A program made the translations under genes and the position numbers. The notes beneath the pieces were generated by a model. That model was given only the letters and a program-made list of their open reading frames with translations, did no database searches and was not told the origin of the DNA. A DNA stretch of 64,000 bases, from positions 53,990 to 117,989 of the IMG/VR virus record IMGVR_UViG_3300005711_000021, one strand, 5' to 3'. This DNA comes from a virus (lineage: Duplodnaviria; Caudoviricetes). The number at the start of each line of letters is the position of its first letter. The stretch's first letter is position 1. Positions 19,948-30,590 of the stretch are shown here, piece after piece.

Positions 19948-22900
19948 GTGGCTAGAACATTTGTTGGACGTTCTTCCGAAGAATTATATAATAGCGAACT
20001 CTATAAACTGTTCGAAGTAATGCAGCACATTATTGATGAACCAGATGACCCAAATTTAGGCCCTTTAACAAGTCGTAATGGTTCTTTATGGCTAGATCGA
20101 TCAGTTGGTGGAGATTTAAAATTTAAAGCAGATGGAACATGGAAAACTGTTTTTAATGATAAATTTAGAATGATTTGTGAAATACTTAGTCCAGAAGAAC
20201 CTTCTGTCCCTGTATCAGGACAGCTTTGGTTAAATGATGGTATCTTAATGTATTTTTCTGGTGCTGAATGGTTGCCAGTAAAATCTGTTAATGTCGCAAC
20301 AGAATTTAACTTATCTGCATTTGAACAGTTCTTAATCATTTCTCCAATTAAAGCTGCAGGTAAATTAGTTGTAGACCAAAATGGAGCTATTCATACACCA
20401 AAACAAATAGTTGAACATACTGTACATGTAGAAGAAATTATAGCAACTGAAAATCAAAGAACTTTCACGTTAAGCAAACCATTTGTAAAAGGTCAAAATC
20501 ATGTTACACCATATATATATGGTAGAAAAATTCCACCTTCTGCTTATACAGAACTATCTAATAAAACAATTGTATTTGAAAAAGGTATACCAGCTGGTTC
20601 TGTAGTTGAATTTTATGTATTAAATGTGAGTTCAATTCAAAACCCTTATAAAGAAGAAGTTTTTAAAGTAACTGATCCAGTTATAACATATACATTACAA
20701 AGTGGTAAATACTATCTTAATACAAACTCAATTAGTGTTTATGTAGATGGTAGAAAGCTTCCTCGTTCATTCTATAAAGAAGTAGATGAATCAAATGTGA
20801 AGATTATAAAAACAGATGACTTAGAAACATCTTCTGCAAAAAAACATACAGTTACAATAGAATATGTTAACAAAGAAGCATATGATAAGCAAGAGACTTC
20901 TGATGCTAATGGCCTTGTACCTTCAGAAACAAATACTCAATTCTTACTTCCAAGTGTAGAATTAGATAGATTCTTTATAAATGGTATGCATACACATGAT
21001 TATACTGAAGTAAGTGATGTGGCAATTGAATATCCTACTGCTGGACTTCAAGGTAAGTTTGCTTCTGCTATTCATGTTAATCCTAAGAAATTAACAAACA
21101 TAAAAAAACGTTTATTTAAAATCAATCCTAGTAATCCTATTATTCCAGTAACAGAAACTAATACAGAGTTTTATGGTATTGAAGGCGGAATAGGAAAACT
21201 CTTATTAAAAGCTAAAGATTGTGCAGAATATACTTCTGTTCCTATAGGTATAAGATTATCAGAAGAAGCTATTAAAAAATATGATTTTATTGAAACAATT
21301 ACTTACGAATTTAAAAACGTAAAAGGTACTGGTACGATGGTAAAAGGTAAAGTGCATTTATCAGAAACAACAAGTATTTATGTTGGCGATATTTCTGATG
21401 AATTATGTGTCTTTACTCAAGGACTTTATTTAGATGATCATAAAGATAATTATGTTTACGAAGATGGATTCATTAAATTAAAAATGGATAGTAAAATGGA
21501 TGTTGGTGTAATCGCATTTCCAAAAAAAGAAATCGGGACCATTACTTCTTTAAATGATAAAAAAGAAGGTATCATTCATATTAATAAAACATATAAGCGT
21601 TCATTAGTATTTGTATATGGTGAAAACTTAGATTGGTCTGTAGCAGATTATACATTTGATAAAACTAATAAAAATATTATCTATGTTAAAGATGCGAAAG
21701 TTGGTATGAAATTTGCAGTTGTAGAAACACATGCAGATGACCCAAATGAAGAAATGTATGTTTCATCAGGTATTATTAAAAAAGATCCTGATACTCAAGA
21801 TACATATATTAATATTCCACCTGGTTCAATTTCAGAACAAGATAATGTTATTCTATTTGTTAACGGTCTTTTAATCATGAAAAAAGACGTTATGGTAGAT
21901 ACAGCTAATAATCGTATTGAAGTGGCTGGTGGCTTAGAAGAAGGTCTTAGCTACATGCTATTAAAAGATTCATCTGGACGATTTGTTTTCTCAGACTATG
22001 TAAGCTTTAATACGATTCCATTAAATCATTTTTCAGATGCAACTTTAGTTTATATTGGAAACCAATTAGCAACAGATGGAAGAGCTGTTTATACTTCTAG
22101 ACTTCCTGAGAGAGGTTATGAAGGAGAAATAAAACAACTACTTACAAATGATTCTTCAGATTGGTATTATTATGACAGCATAAATGGTTGGATAATGATT
22201 ACTGAAGAATCGGAAATTGACTTATTAAATGCAACTGCATCAAGTTATATATCTGATGAGTATTCGATTAATATTTTACAAAACTTTGGTAAAAAAGAAT
22301 GTGTTTATTATTCATATCAATATGCTAATTCAGTTGAACAACCTTTACGAAGAGGTGTAATAAAATCATTAGAAACAAAGGACGAATATCGTACAGCATT
22401 TAATCATGTATTCCCTGCTAATAGAAATGCTTTATCTGTTTGGCAAAATGGATTAAGACAATATCCAGACACAACAGGTGATCCAGAAAACTTCAATGGT
22501 GTATTTGAAGTAGGTAATTCATCATTTAAAATGCCTAATCCAATTGACGGTATTATATTCTATGTTGTTGAAAAACCAGAAGGTAATGAAGCTAAATCTT
22601 GTGAAAGACAAGTCTTAACTTATAAAGATGTTATTGAAGGAACAACTAATATCTTTAAAACAGATATTTCTTTATATCCTGGAAATGTTAGAGTCTTTGT
22701 ATCAGGACTTAGACAACCAGAATCAGCTTTTAAAATCATAGATAATTATCGCATTATGATAAAAGATGAAATACTTGCTTATCCTAGTAACTTCCCTAAA
22801 GAAACAATTAAATTAGATGATGGTAGTTTAATTGAAATAGAACATAAATATCCAGATTCTATTCTTATAGAAGTAAGACAAGATTATGGATTAAAAGAAG

Positions 22901-23250
22901 TAACTTTACCTATTCGTTATGCTGGCCAAAATGAATGGTCTGTTGCAGCAAAAGATAGTGATGATATTACAAAAGGTGGAGATGGTTTACCTGAGTCTAT
23001 AATAGATTCTAAAGATCTTATTATGATTTATATAAATGGTTTAGCTTATGGTAAAGATTATAAGATAGATAAAGATCAACAAAAAATCATATTAACAAAT
23101 GAAACAATTACTTCTACTTTTGGGGTAGATCCTTTAGAAGAATTCTTTAGATCAAATCCAGATGAGTATGAAGCATGGCGTATTCAAAATGGTGGAAAAG
23201 AATACGTAGCAAAAGAAATAAAAGACACCATAACTTTTGAATGGAGGTAA
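19948..23250 (+). CDS. Large tail/baseplate structural protein with multiple repeat domains
   Basis: GSLWLD and GQLWL motifs plus many VFVxGLRQ/VYVDGRKL-type domains; GTG start behind GAGGTGA. Confidence 0.55.
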   Translation: MARTFVGRSSEELYNSELYKLFEVMQHIIDEPDDPNLGPLTSRNGSLWLDRSVGGDLKFKADGTWKTVFNDKFRMICEILSPEEPSVPVSGQLWLNDGILMYFSGAEWLPVKSVNVATEFNLSAFEQFLIISPIKAAGKLVVDQNGAIHTPKQIVEHTVHVEEIIATENQRTFTLSKPFVKGQNHVTPYIYGRKIPPSAYTELSNKTIVFEKGIPAGSVVEFYVLNVSSIQNPYKEEVFKVTDPVITYTLQSGKYYLNTNSISVYVDGRKLPRSFYKEVDESNVKIIKTDDLETSSAKKHTVTIEYVNKEAYDKQETSDANGLVPSETNTQFLLPSVELDRFFINGMHTHDYTEVSDVAIEYPTAGLQGKFASAIHVNPKKLTNIKKRLFKINPSNPIIPVTETNTEFYGIEGGIGKLLLKAKDCAEYTSVPIGIRLSEEAIKKYDFIETITYEFKNVKGTGTMVKGKVHLSETTSIYVGDISDELCVFTQGLYLDDHKDNYVYEDGFIKLKMDSKMDVGVIAFPKKEIGTITSLNDKKEGIIHINKTYKRSLVFVYGENLDWSVADYTFDKTNKNIIYVKDAKVGMKFAVVETHADDPNEEMYVSSGIIKKDPDTQDTYINIPPGSISEQDNVILFVNGLLIMKKDVMVDTANNRIEVAGGLEEGLSYMLLKDSSGRFVFSDYVSFNTIPLNHFSDATLVYIGNQLATDGRAVYTSRLPERGYEGEIKQLLTNDSSDWYYYDSINGWIMITEESEIDLLNATASSYISDEYSINILQNFGKKECVYYSYQYANSVEQPLRRGVIKSLETKDEYRTAFNHVFPANRNALSVWQNGLRQYPDTTGDPENFNGVFEVGNSSFKMPNPIDGIIFYVVEKPEGNEAKSCERQVLTYKDVIEGTTNIFKTDISLYPGNVRVFVSGLRQPESAFKIIDNYRIMIKDEILAYPSNFPKETIKLDDGSLIEIEHKYPDSILIEVRQDYGLKEVTLPIRYAGQNEWSVAAKDSDDITKGGDGLPESIIDSKDLIMIYINGLAYGKDYKIDKDQQKIILTNETITSTFGVDPLEEFFRSNPDEYEAWRIQNGGKEYVAKEIKDTITFEWR
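20371..20623 (+). repeat. 253-bp domain duplication, copy 2
   Basis: Matches 19345-19597. Confidence 0.9.
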
Positions 23251-23257
23251 ATTAATA

Positions 23258-25297
23258 ATGAGTAAACAATTTTCAAATTTCCCATCAACAAAAATGCTTC
23301 CTATGGAAGATATTGCTAATGAATTAAGAATCATTCATAAATTTGCATCAGCTGAACAGAAGGCAATCGATACAGAATCTGTAGCAGGTGTTCCTTCATC
23401 TAATATCGCAATCATTGCAACAGATGAATATGGTAGTCCATTACAATATCGTAATGATAAAGAAGTTTATATCGATGAAAGAGAAACTGTAAAGAATGCA
23501 TTATATCTTGATGGTAAAAAAGCAAATGAATATTTAACAAAAACAGAAGGTGCGGCTATTCAAAACTTTGGTGCGAACGTAGCCAAAACTTATGCAGATG
23601 AATTTGCAGCACTTCGTGATGAACTTTATCAATTAAGAGGAGAACTTACTAGAAATGGCTTTGTAAATGAATATGGTTTATATTCAGGATTCCAAGACTT
23701 CTTTAGAACAAGTAATAAAAAATACTTACATAATAGATATTCTAAAAATGGAGAAGTAATAGAAACAATCGAGCTTTGTGGTTTATCTCCTAACTTTGTT
23801 AATAGCACAAATGTAAATAAAATAATTCCATCTCAAATTGGTGTTATTAAAAAAGGTGACTGGTTCATGATTAGTAAAACAGATACAGATGAACATTATC
23901 TTGTAAAAGCAACTAATGTAGAACTTCTTTCTACTGAAGAAGAAGTTACATTTGAAAGTTCAATTTCTGTTGAAGGCATTCCTAGTATAGATAACCCTAC
24001 AGCTGTTGTTATCACAAAAGTTCATGGAGATTATTATAACGGAACATTTTCATTCTCAAAAGTTGAAGATTATACTTTAACTAATAAAGAACGTTATACA
24101 ATGCTTAATGATGATAGTGACACTAAGATGGAAAAAATATTAGATAACCATACAGGATACGCTACTCAATTTAGAGTGCCTAAATTAAATACTGGTGCTT
24201 TAAAAAACTTTACAGTAATGTCACGTATTACAGGTTCTCCAGGAGCACTTACTTGTTACATTATTGATAAAGATAAGGCAAATAATATTTTAAATCTTAG
24301 TTTAGAAGAAGTAGGTGAGGATAAAGGATTAGTTGCAAAATCTAAACCTATATCTTGCTTACAATCTTCTACTGTTAATATCACAGAGATTGAATTTGAT
24401 TTTAGAGATCCTATCACAGATAAATATCCTATCTTAGCTGGTGGTAAAGATTATAGATTTGTTATCGTAGCAGAAAAAGCATCAGGAACTGACTTTTGGG
24501 AACTACAATTTTCTAAGAATGCTTCTAATGAATTAAATCCTGATGTACAAACTAATAACATAACATATACTTATTTACAAGGTTCAGGATTCACTCAAAA
24601 AGATGAAATAGGAGATTTAATCTTTATTCTTGCTACTATTGTTGTTAAAGAGAATTCTGAAACACCAAGAACAAACGGTATCTATACAAGTAAGAAAATT
24701 TCTGTGCCAAATAATAGTTCATTAGCAAGAGCTAGATTAACTATGAGAATTAATAGAGAAGGTCTTTTCACAGCTGATACAAAAGGTATTGTAAATGATG
24801 GTGGTGTAATAAAAGTAAAAACAACTGGTATAAATCCAGACAATCTAGGTATTAAAGCTAATGACACTATTGTAATCGGTAATCAAATTAGACAATCAAT
24901 GATTGATGTTAATGGAAAAATTATTGGTATAGATAAAGCATTATTAGTTGAAGAAGGTGCCCCTGTATATAAAGTTGGATACAAAGCTTATTTAAGAGCT
25001 ATTAAAAATGAATGGGTAACTGGTTCTAGTCCAAGATACGAAATTAAAAGTGATATTTGTCTCCCTATGGAATTAAAAGCAGTTATGTTAGATGACCAAA
25101 AACTTAGCGAAAATCATTCAGACAGATTAATATTTGAATGTGAATTTAGAGATGAACATCAATTACCAATCGATGCGAATGAATTCCAATTACAAATTGT
25201 ATGGCAATCACATTTATCTCAAAGTGAAATTATAGCAAATGATGCATATACAGGTCGTATCTATGACTTAACATTATCATTTGATAGAACACTTTAA
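23258..25297 (+). CDS. Virion structural protein
   Basis: NALYLDGKKANEY fibre-type motif; GGAGG RBS before ATG 23258. Confidence 0.5.
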   Translation: MSKQFSNFPSTKMLPMEDIANELRIIHKFASAEQKAIDTESVAGVPSSNIAIIATDEYGSPLQYRNDKEVYIDERETVKNALYLDGKKANEYLTKTEGAAIQNFGANVAKTYADEFAALRDELYQLRGELTRNGFVNEYGLYSGFQDFFRTSNKKYLHNRYSKNGEVIETIELCGLSPNFVNSTNVNKIIPSQIGVIKKGDWFMISKTDTDEHYLVKATNVELLSTEEEVTFESSISVEGIPSIDNPTAVVITKVHGDYYNGTFSFSKVEDYTLTNKERYTMLNDDSDTKMEKILDNHTGYATQFRVPKLNTGALKNFTVMSRITGSPGALTCYIIDKDKANNILNLSLEEVGEDKGLVAKSKPISCLQSSTVNITEIEFDFRDPITDKYPILAGGKDYRFVIVAEKASGTDFWELQFSKNASNELNPDVQTNNITYTYLQGSGFTQKDEIGDLIFILATIVVKENSETPRTNGIYTSKKISVPNNSSLARARLTMRINREGLFTADTKGIVNDGGVIKVKTTGINPDNLGIKANDTIVIGNQIRQSMIDVNGKIIGIDKALLVEEGAPVYKVGYKAYLRAIKNEWVTGSSPRYEIKSDICLPMELKAVMLDDQKLSENHSDRLIFECEFRDEHQLPIDANEFQLQIVWQSHLSQSEIIANDAYTGRIYDLTLSFDRTL

Positions 25298-25380
25298 TAT
25301 AAGTAACGGGCACACACTACATGGAGCACAATGCTTAAGCTAGAATGGAATTATGGATAGTCACTGTGCCCTTATTTATA
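25298..25380. other. Long intergenic stem-loop with branched interior (putative structured RNA or terminator)
   Basis: TATAAGTAA-c-GGGCACA (25298-25314) pairs with TGTGCCC-TTATTTATA (25365-25380); inner AGCA-caa-TGCT. Confidence 0.5.
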
Positions 25381-25403
25381 TTATTTTTTATGGAGGTGTA
25401 ACA

Positions 25404-26777
25404 ATGGCAGAAGGTATTCGTAAGATAAACGAATTCGTCATGGGAGCAGGTAGAACCATTATTATTACGGATGAAAAAAATAATTATTCAAGTTTTTCTC
25501 CAGGAACACTTTTTATCAACTCTAACGGTGACGTAAAAGTAAAAAAGAATAACCAACCTGATTGGGCTAATCTAACGCCAGCAAATTTATTTACAAATAA
25601 ATCTATTTCGTATAATTTTATAGCTGATAAAACACTTACAAATCAACAAATCGCTAACAATACAATTATCAATGATAATATTAAGGATTCAGAAATTAAT
25701 ACGAACAAAATTGCTAATAGTGCAATCACTTCAGCAAAACTAGCAACTAATAGTGTTATTAATGATAAGATTCTAGATAATACTATTGCAAATAGTAAGT
25801 TAGCAAATAAAACGATTCAAGGGAATAAGATTGCTAATTTAACTATTTCAACAGATCATTTAGCGAATGGATGTGTTACTTCAGATAAACTTGCAACGAA
25901 TGCTGTTAAAGCAAATATTATTGAAGATAGAAGTATTACTGGTATTAAAATTGCATTAGGAAATATTAATGATGAACATTTTGCAGATAAAGCTGTTCAT
26001 ACAGCTAAAATTGCTGATGGTGCAGTCACAAATATAAAAATAGAATATGGTGCCATTACAGAAGAAAAACTTGCACGGAATTCTGTAACTAAAGATAAAA
26101 TAGCATTTGGTGCTGTTTCAGGTGATAAACTTGGATGGCAATCTGTATCAACTGATAAGATTGCAAACAATGCAGTATCTACTGATAAAATAGTTAATGG
26201 TGCAATTACAGGTGATAAACTAGGGGATTATCAAATTAGTACTGCTAAACTTCACCCTTCTTTAACTCAAGCTATTAATTCATCAATCAAATTAGATTCA
26301 ACAGGTACAGCAACTGTTTTTGGTACTTTAAAAGTAACTAATAATATAAATTGTGATGGTGTTATTACTGCACATAAAGTTTATAATGCAGTATGGAATG
26401 ATTTAGCTGAAGGTTATATTCCAGGTGAAACATTAGAACCAGGTACTATTGTAGAAATAAGAGAAGATGGAAAAGTATATAAGGCTTCTGCTTTATCTAA
26501 ATCTATAGTAGGTGTTATTTCTAATGAATATGCAGCATGTTATGGTGCAACTCAAGAAGAAATTAAATCTGGTGAAAAAGTAGCAGTAGGTTTAATTGGG
26601 AAAGTTCATGTTTATGTAAATGGACCTATTTCTGTTGGTGATCGTATTGTTGCAAATGAAAATGGTATTGGTATTGCAAGTACATGTAATGCTTCAAGTG
26701 GCATAGTTGGAAAAGCAATAGAGACATCTAAAAAATCAGGAATACATAAAGTATTATGTTTAATATATCCTAATTAA
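25404..26777 (+). CDS. Tail fibre with 10-aa AVTxDKIA repeats and C-terminal intramolecular-chaperone-like domain
   Basis: About 20 repeats of (N/G)(A/S)(V/I)T.DK(I/L)A; C-terminal NDLAE...VGVIS...VAVGLIGKV.V...GD...IVGKAIE. Confidence 0.7.
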   Translation: MAEGIRKINEFVMGAGRTIIITDEKNNYSSFSPGTLFINSNGDVKVKKNNQPDWANLTPANLFTNKSISYNFIADKTLTNQQIANNTIINDNIKDSEINTNKIANSAITSAKLATNSVINDKILDNTIANSKLANKTIQGNKIANLTISTDHLANGCVTSDKLATNAVKANIIEDRSITGIKIALGNINDEHFADKAVHTAKIADGAVTNIKIEYGAITEEKLARNSVTKDKIAFGAVSGDKLGWQSVSTDKIANNAVSTDKIVNGAITGDKLGDYQISTAKLHPSLTQAINSSIKLDSTGTATVFGTLKVTNNINCDGVITAHKVYNAVWNDLAEGYIPGETLEPGTIVEIREDGKVYKASALSKSIVGVISNEYAACYGATQEEIKSGEKVAVGLIGKVHVYVNGPISVGDRIVANENGIGIASTCNASSGIVGKAIETSKKSGIHKVLCLIYPN

Positions 26778-26779
26778 TT

Positions 26780-26806
26780 AAAAGCAGATAATATCTGCTT
26801 TTTTTT
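26780..26806 (+). terminator. Rho-independent terminator
   Basis: AAAGCAGAT/ATCTGCTTT hairpin followed by T-tract. Confidence 0.8.
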
Positions 26807-26858
26807 GTGGTATTATAAAAGAAGAGGTGATTAAATAGTTAAAGAAAGGTGATGGAAA

Positions 26859-28130
26859 ATGATAGATACATCTAAATACATAGAAGATGCTATAAGTTTT
26901 TTAAATAATCAAGACGTAGAAGATCTTAATTATCAATTTATGTATCAAACAAATTATTTTAATAGCGAAGACTATAATTATACTTTATACAATATCGAAA
27001 CAAACTTAAACACATTATATGAAAAAACAAGAGTACTTCAAGATGTTATAAAATATACAAGAGAATATATTAAACAAAATATATATGAAATATCTGATGA
27101 GTGCCGTTCAATTCTAGAAGCTATTGAAGATAATGTAGATTCATTAAAACAAAATAACTATATTAATATTAATGTTCCTTTCTTAGAAAGCACAGGATCT
27201 TATATGGACCGTGATAATAAAAAGTTACCTAAGAACGCTATCTATGATGGAACAATTACTTTATCTGGTACAGAAAAAGAAAAGCTTAAAATTAAAGCTG
27301 TTAATCAAAAAAATAACTTTAAACCTTATAAAGAAAACTTAGCTAACTTAATTCAAGAAAAAGAATATCGTTCTTTCTATATGTTAGATGCTCCAATAAC
27401 TAATGGATTAAAAGAACAAATTACAGTTGAATTTGAAACTGAAAACATTATTAATCAATTGAATATTGTAACATCTAATTGTAAAATAAGTAATATGAAA
27501 TATATAGATAATACTGGAACAATAGATTATATTGATGAACATTTAAATATTGTTCAAGTCCCTAGAAAAACAAAATCAGTTGAATTTATGACAACAACAG
27601 ATTCTTATAAGAAGATTGTTTATTTTGTGGACCAAGCAAGATTAAAAGCTAACTTTTGGGATTCTATTATGGAACATGAATATGCTAAAACAACAACAGG
27701 TGCTGGTACACTTACACAAGGTCAAATTGATGAGATGGCTGGATTAACAGCTTTTAAAAAAGAATACGAAGCGTATGTAAAATCTGTTGAGGAATGGATA
27801 AAAAAGAGACAAGCTGTAGTAGATGAAAATATTGCAAATGGTTATACTGATTCTGTTCCAAAGATTGATTTTATTGTTGCACCAAGTTCTATTACTGGAG
27901 AAAGTAATACATTAAATGTTAATACTGATAAAACAACGGAAGTGCCAAAATCACAAGTTGTTGTTAATGCACCTATTACGGCCCCTAATGTTTATCCAGA
28001 TATAGAAAATTATAGAACACAATCTTATTCAAATTATGAAAAATTGGTAAGTAAGACAGGCAACAGAGTTGATTATTTTACAACATTATCTGACCCTAAA
28101 ACATATTCTTCTTCTTACCAATATAAATAA
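26859..28130 (+). CDS. Structural protein, paralogous family member (N-terminal half)
   Basis: N-terminal FNSEDYN...NLNTLYEK helical motif shared with 29435, 31078 and 32557. Confidence 0.5.
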   Translation: MIDTSKYIEDAISFLNNQDVEDLNYQFMYQTNYFNSEDYNYTLYNIETNLNTLYEKTRVLQDVIKYTREYIKQNIYEISDECRSILEAIEDNVDSLKQNNYININVPFLESTGSYMDRDNKKLPKNAIYDGTITLSGTEKEKLKIKAVNQKNNFKPYKENLANLIQEKEYRSFYMLDAPITNGLKEQITVEFETENIINQLNIVTSNCKISNMKYIDNTGTIDYIDEHLNIVQVPRKTKSVEFMTTTDSYKKIVYFVDQARLKANFWDSIMEHEYAKTTTGAGTLTQGQIDEMAGLTAFKKEYEAYVKSVEEWIKKRQAVVDENIANGYTDSVPKIDFIVAPSSITGESNTLNVNTDKTTEVPKSQVVVNAPITAPNVYPDIENYRTQSYSNYEKLVSKTGNRVDYFTTLSDPKTYSSSYQYK

Positions 28131-28145
28131 AGGAGGGTATAAATA

Positions 28146-29453
28146 ATGGCTAAAAAAGCTACTGGTGGTAGTGGAAAAGATTACACAGTAAGTTCAAATG
28201 GTACAATTACAGTTAGTAGGCCAAATGGTACAACAAGTACTGTAAAACCAAGTGATAAAAATTATAGTTCTACATTGAATGCAATGCATGCGGATACAGG
28301 GACTGGAAAATACTCAGGAAGTTCTAGTTCTTCATCTAGTTCTAATAAAGGAAGTTCTAGTTCTTCATCTAGTTCTAGCTCCAACAAAGGCTCTTCTAGT
28401 TCTAGCTCTAGTTCTGGTAAGGGACCTAGTAGTTCAAGTTCGTCAAGCTCATCTAGTTCATCTTCATCGAGCTCAGGTAAAGGTTCTCCTTCTTCTACGG
28501 CTAAACCTGAATATTGGAAACCAGCTCAAAATGAAAATCCAAAAGTACATACTGCAATTATTAAAGATGATAAAGGAAATGTTATTGCAACGCATGAAAC
28601 ATATATTAAAGATGGGGCCATGTATGATAAAACAACTGGTAAAATATTAAGTAGTAATCATGGTGTTCAAGGTACATATGGAGATCCAAAAGAATATACT
28701 AAATACTATGATCCTGTTACAGGTGTAGGAACATGGATTAAAAACCCAGTTATAGAATCAAAACCAAATGTAAGTTATAGTGGTGGGGGCGGTGGAGGTC
28801 ATTATAGACCATCGTCAAGTTATAGTCCGCCACCTCCACCTCCTAGACCTTCTTTTATTAGTTTTAATGAACCTGTTCCTTCTTTTAATAGCGATTTAAA
28901 AAAGGTGACTAAGGTTACTTACTTTAGTGGAATAGATACATTAGAAGCAAAAAAGGTTGAAACAAATCAAGAAGTATGTTTTATTTCTAAAACAATTACA
29001 GTAGGTAAGTTAAAAGAAAATGAATACATAGAGTTCTATGCAAAATATTATGCAGATGATAATGCTTCTATTGAGTTTTATATTATTGATGGAGAAAGAG
29101 AAGTAGCTATTTTACCAGTTAATGATTCAACAATAAGAAATGAAAAAATATTTTTCGAGATGGATACTAGATTTCCAATTGATGAATCTAAACCTATTTT
29201 AGTTAAACAAGGTATAAAGGCAACTAATCTTTCTTTTAAAGAAGCAAGTCAAAAAGCAACAGATTATAAAATGGAAAATGTTTATAACATTAGTTATACA
29301 CCCAAAACAAGTCATAAATATACTCCATTGAATGAGACAATTAAAATAAAAGCTATTATTAGAGCATATACACTTACTAAGTATTCACCATATATTAAGA
29401 CAATGAAAATAAGAAAATATGGAGGAACCGCTTTATGGACTCAAGATTTATAG
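28146..29453 (+). CDS. Structural protein with Ser/Gly/Pro-rich disordered N-terminus
   Basis: Poly-Ser, GGGGGG and PPPPPP tracts, then a YFSGIDTL...FISKTI beta domain. Confidence 0.55.
   Translation: MAKKATGGSGKDYTVSSNGTITVSRPNGTTSTVKPSDKNYSSTLNAMHADTGTGKYSGSSSSSSSSNKGSSSSSSSSSSNKGSSSSSSSSGKGPSSSSSSSSSSSSSSSSGKGSPSSTAKPEYWKPAQNENPKVHTAIIKDDKGNVIATHETYIKDGAMYDKTTGKILSSNHGVQGTYGDPKEYTKYYDPVTGVGTWIKNPVIESKPNVSYSGGGGGGHYRPSSSYSPPPPPPRPSFISFNEPVPSFNSDLKKVTKVTYFSGIDTLEAKKVETNQEVCFISKTITVGKLKENEYIEFYAKYYADDNASIEFYIIDGEREVAILPVNDSTIRNEKIFFEMDTRFPIDESKPILVKQGIKATNLSFKEASQKATDYKMENVYNISYTPKTSHKYTPLNETIKIKAIIRAYTLTKYSPYIKTMKIRKYGGTALWTQDL
28318..28495 (+). repeat. Low-complexity Ser-coding repeats (SSSSSSSNKG-type)
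   Basis: GGAAGTTCTAGTTCTTCATCTAGTTCTA repeated at a 33-nt period, followed by degenerate copies. Confidence 0.85.
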
Positions 29454-30583
29454 ATCAATCTAAACAAGATTATAGTAAAATGCTTCTTGCAAATGGTAGC
29501 TTAGAACGTTCCAAAGAAATAGCTGAATTAAATTCTTACGAGCCTATTTTTAAATTTAGACCAGCTCATGATCAAGCAGAACCTTCTGCAAAAGATTTAA
29601 ATGAAATGATTAATGAATCTTATGTAGATATTAATGCATTAATTGTTGGTTTTAGAGAGGCGGGAAAAGATTTTCATAACCTCATGTTAGCAACAGATGC
29701 TAAATTAAAAAAGATTAAACAACAGCTATTAATAGAAAAAGAAAAACTAGATGATCTTAATATACTATGTAATCAATATACTGATTTTAATTCAGTAATT
29801 AATTTAGATGATACTAAGTTATTTGGAAGCTACAGTTATGATAATGGCATCATTTCTGCTAAAGTACAGTCTCAAGAAGCAATTCCTTATACAATTGCTG
29901 GAATAGATGGAAATGGATACGAAGGAAATGATTATGTATATAAGTCTGATGCATTCTTAAAAAAATCAATTGATACAAGTAATCGTAACTATATCAATGA
30001 TAATAATGATTTAACAGTCTATGAATATTCTAGAATTACAGCAAGTAACTCAGAAAAAGATGTTTTTCAATATGTAAACTTTGATAGTATTGAAGCAAAA
30101 GTTACTATTTCAATGACAAGTATCAATGAGTTCAATAAAATCATTATTAATGTTTCATCTAAAGATACTTTCTTAACAGCAGTATTAACAAGTACAGATG
30201 GCATTAGTTATAAAAATGTATTATCAAAACCAATTGAAGTAAATAATGATACTTTAAAATATGATAATGTTAATTATATTGCATCTAGTGGAATGTTATG
30301 TTTTCCTTCTACTAAATATTTAAAACTTGTATTTGAATCTAATGGTGTAACAGATGATGTATTAGCATTTGAAAAGGTCACTGTTATAGATACAGTAAAA
30401 ACTGAGAAAAAAGAAATTGCACCATTCTCTACAAAAACAAATACAATTACATCATATGGAATATCTGATATTAATAGCAGTAAAATTAAAAACACTAAAA
30501 CATATATTCCTTCTAATGAACGATATATATATGATAGAACTAGACAGAAATTAATGTTGCATGTAATGCAATTAGAGGAGTGA
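29435..30583 (+). CDS. Structural protein, paralogous family member (N-terminal half)
   Basis: SAKDLNEMINESYVDINAL helical motif plus GNGYEGN beta domain. Confidence 0.5.
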   Translation: MDSRFIDQSKQDYSKMLLANGSLERSKEIAELNSYEPIFKFRPAHDQAEPSAKDLNEMINESYVDINALIVGFREAGKDFHNLMLATDAKLKKIKQQLLIEKEKLDDLNILCNQYTDFNSVINLDDTKLFGSYSYDNGIISAKVQSQEAIPYTIAGIDGNGYEGNDYVYKSDAFLKKSIDTSNRNYINDNNDLTVYEYSRITASNSEKDVFQYVNFDSIEAKVTISMTSINEFNKIIINVSSKDTFLTAVLTSTDGISYKNVLSKPIEVNNDTLKYDNVNYIASSGMLCFPSTKYLKLVFESNGVTDDVLAFEKVTVIDTVKTEKKEIAPFSTKTNTITSYGISDINSSKIKNTKTYIPSNERYIYDRTRQKLMLHVMQLEE

Positions 30584-30590
30584 TTTATAG

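Noticed and set aside
25308-25371. tRNA gene or hammerhead ribozyme
   Set aside because: No TTCRA T-loop or CCA end, and no CUGAUGA/GAAA core; kept only as an unassigned structure.
28279-28650. Alternative-frame ORFs in repeat regions (also 54872-55441)
   Set aside because: Frame-shifted readings of Ser-rich or SHAEG repeats that happen to lack stops.
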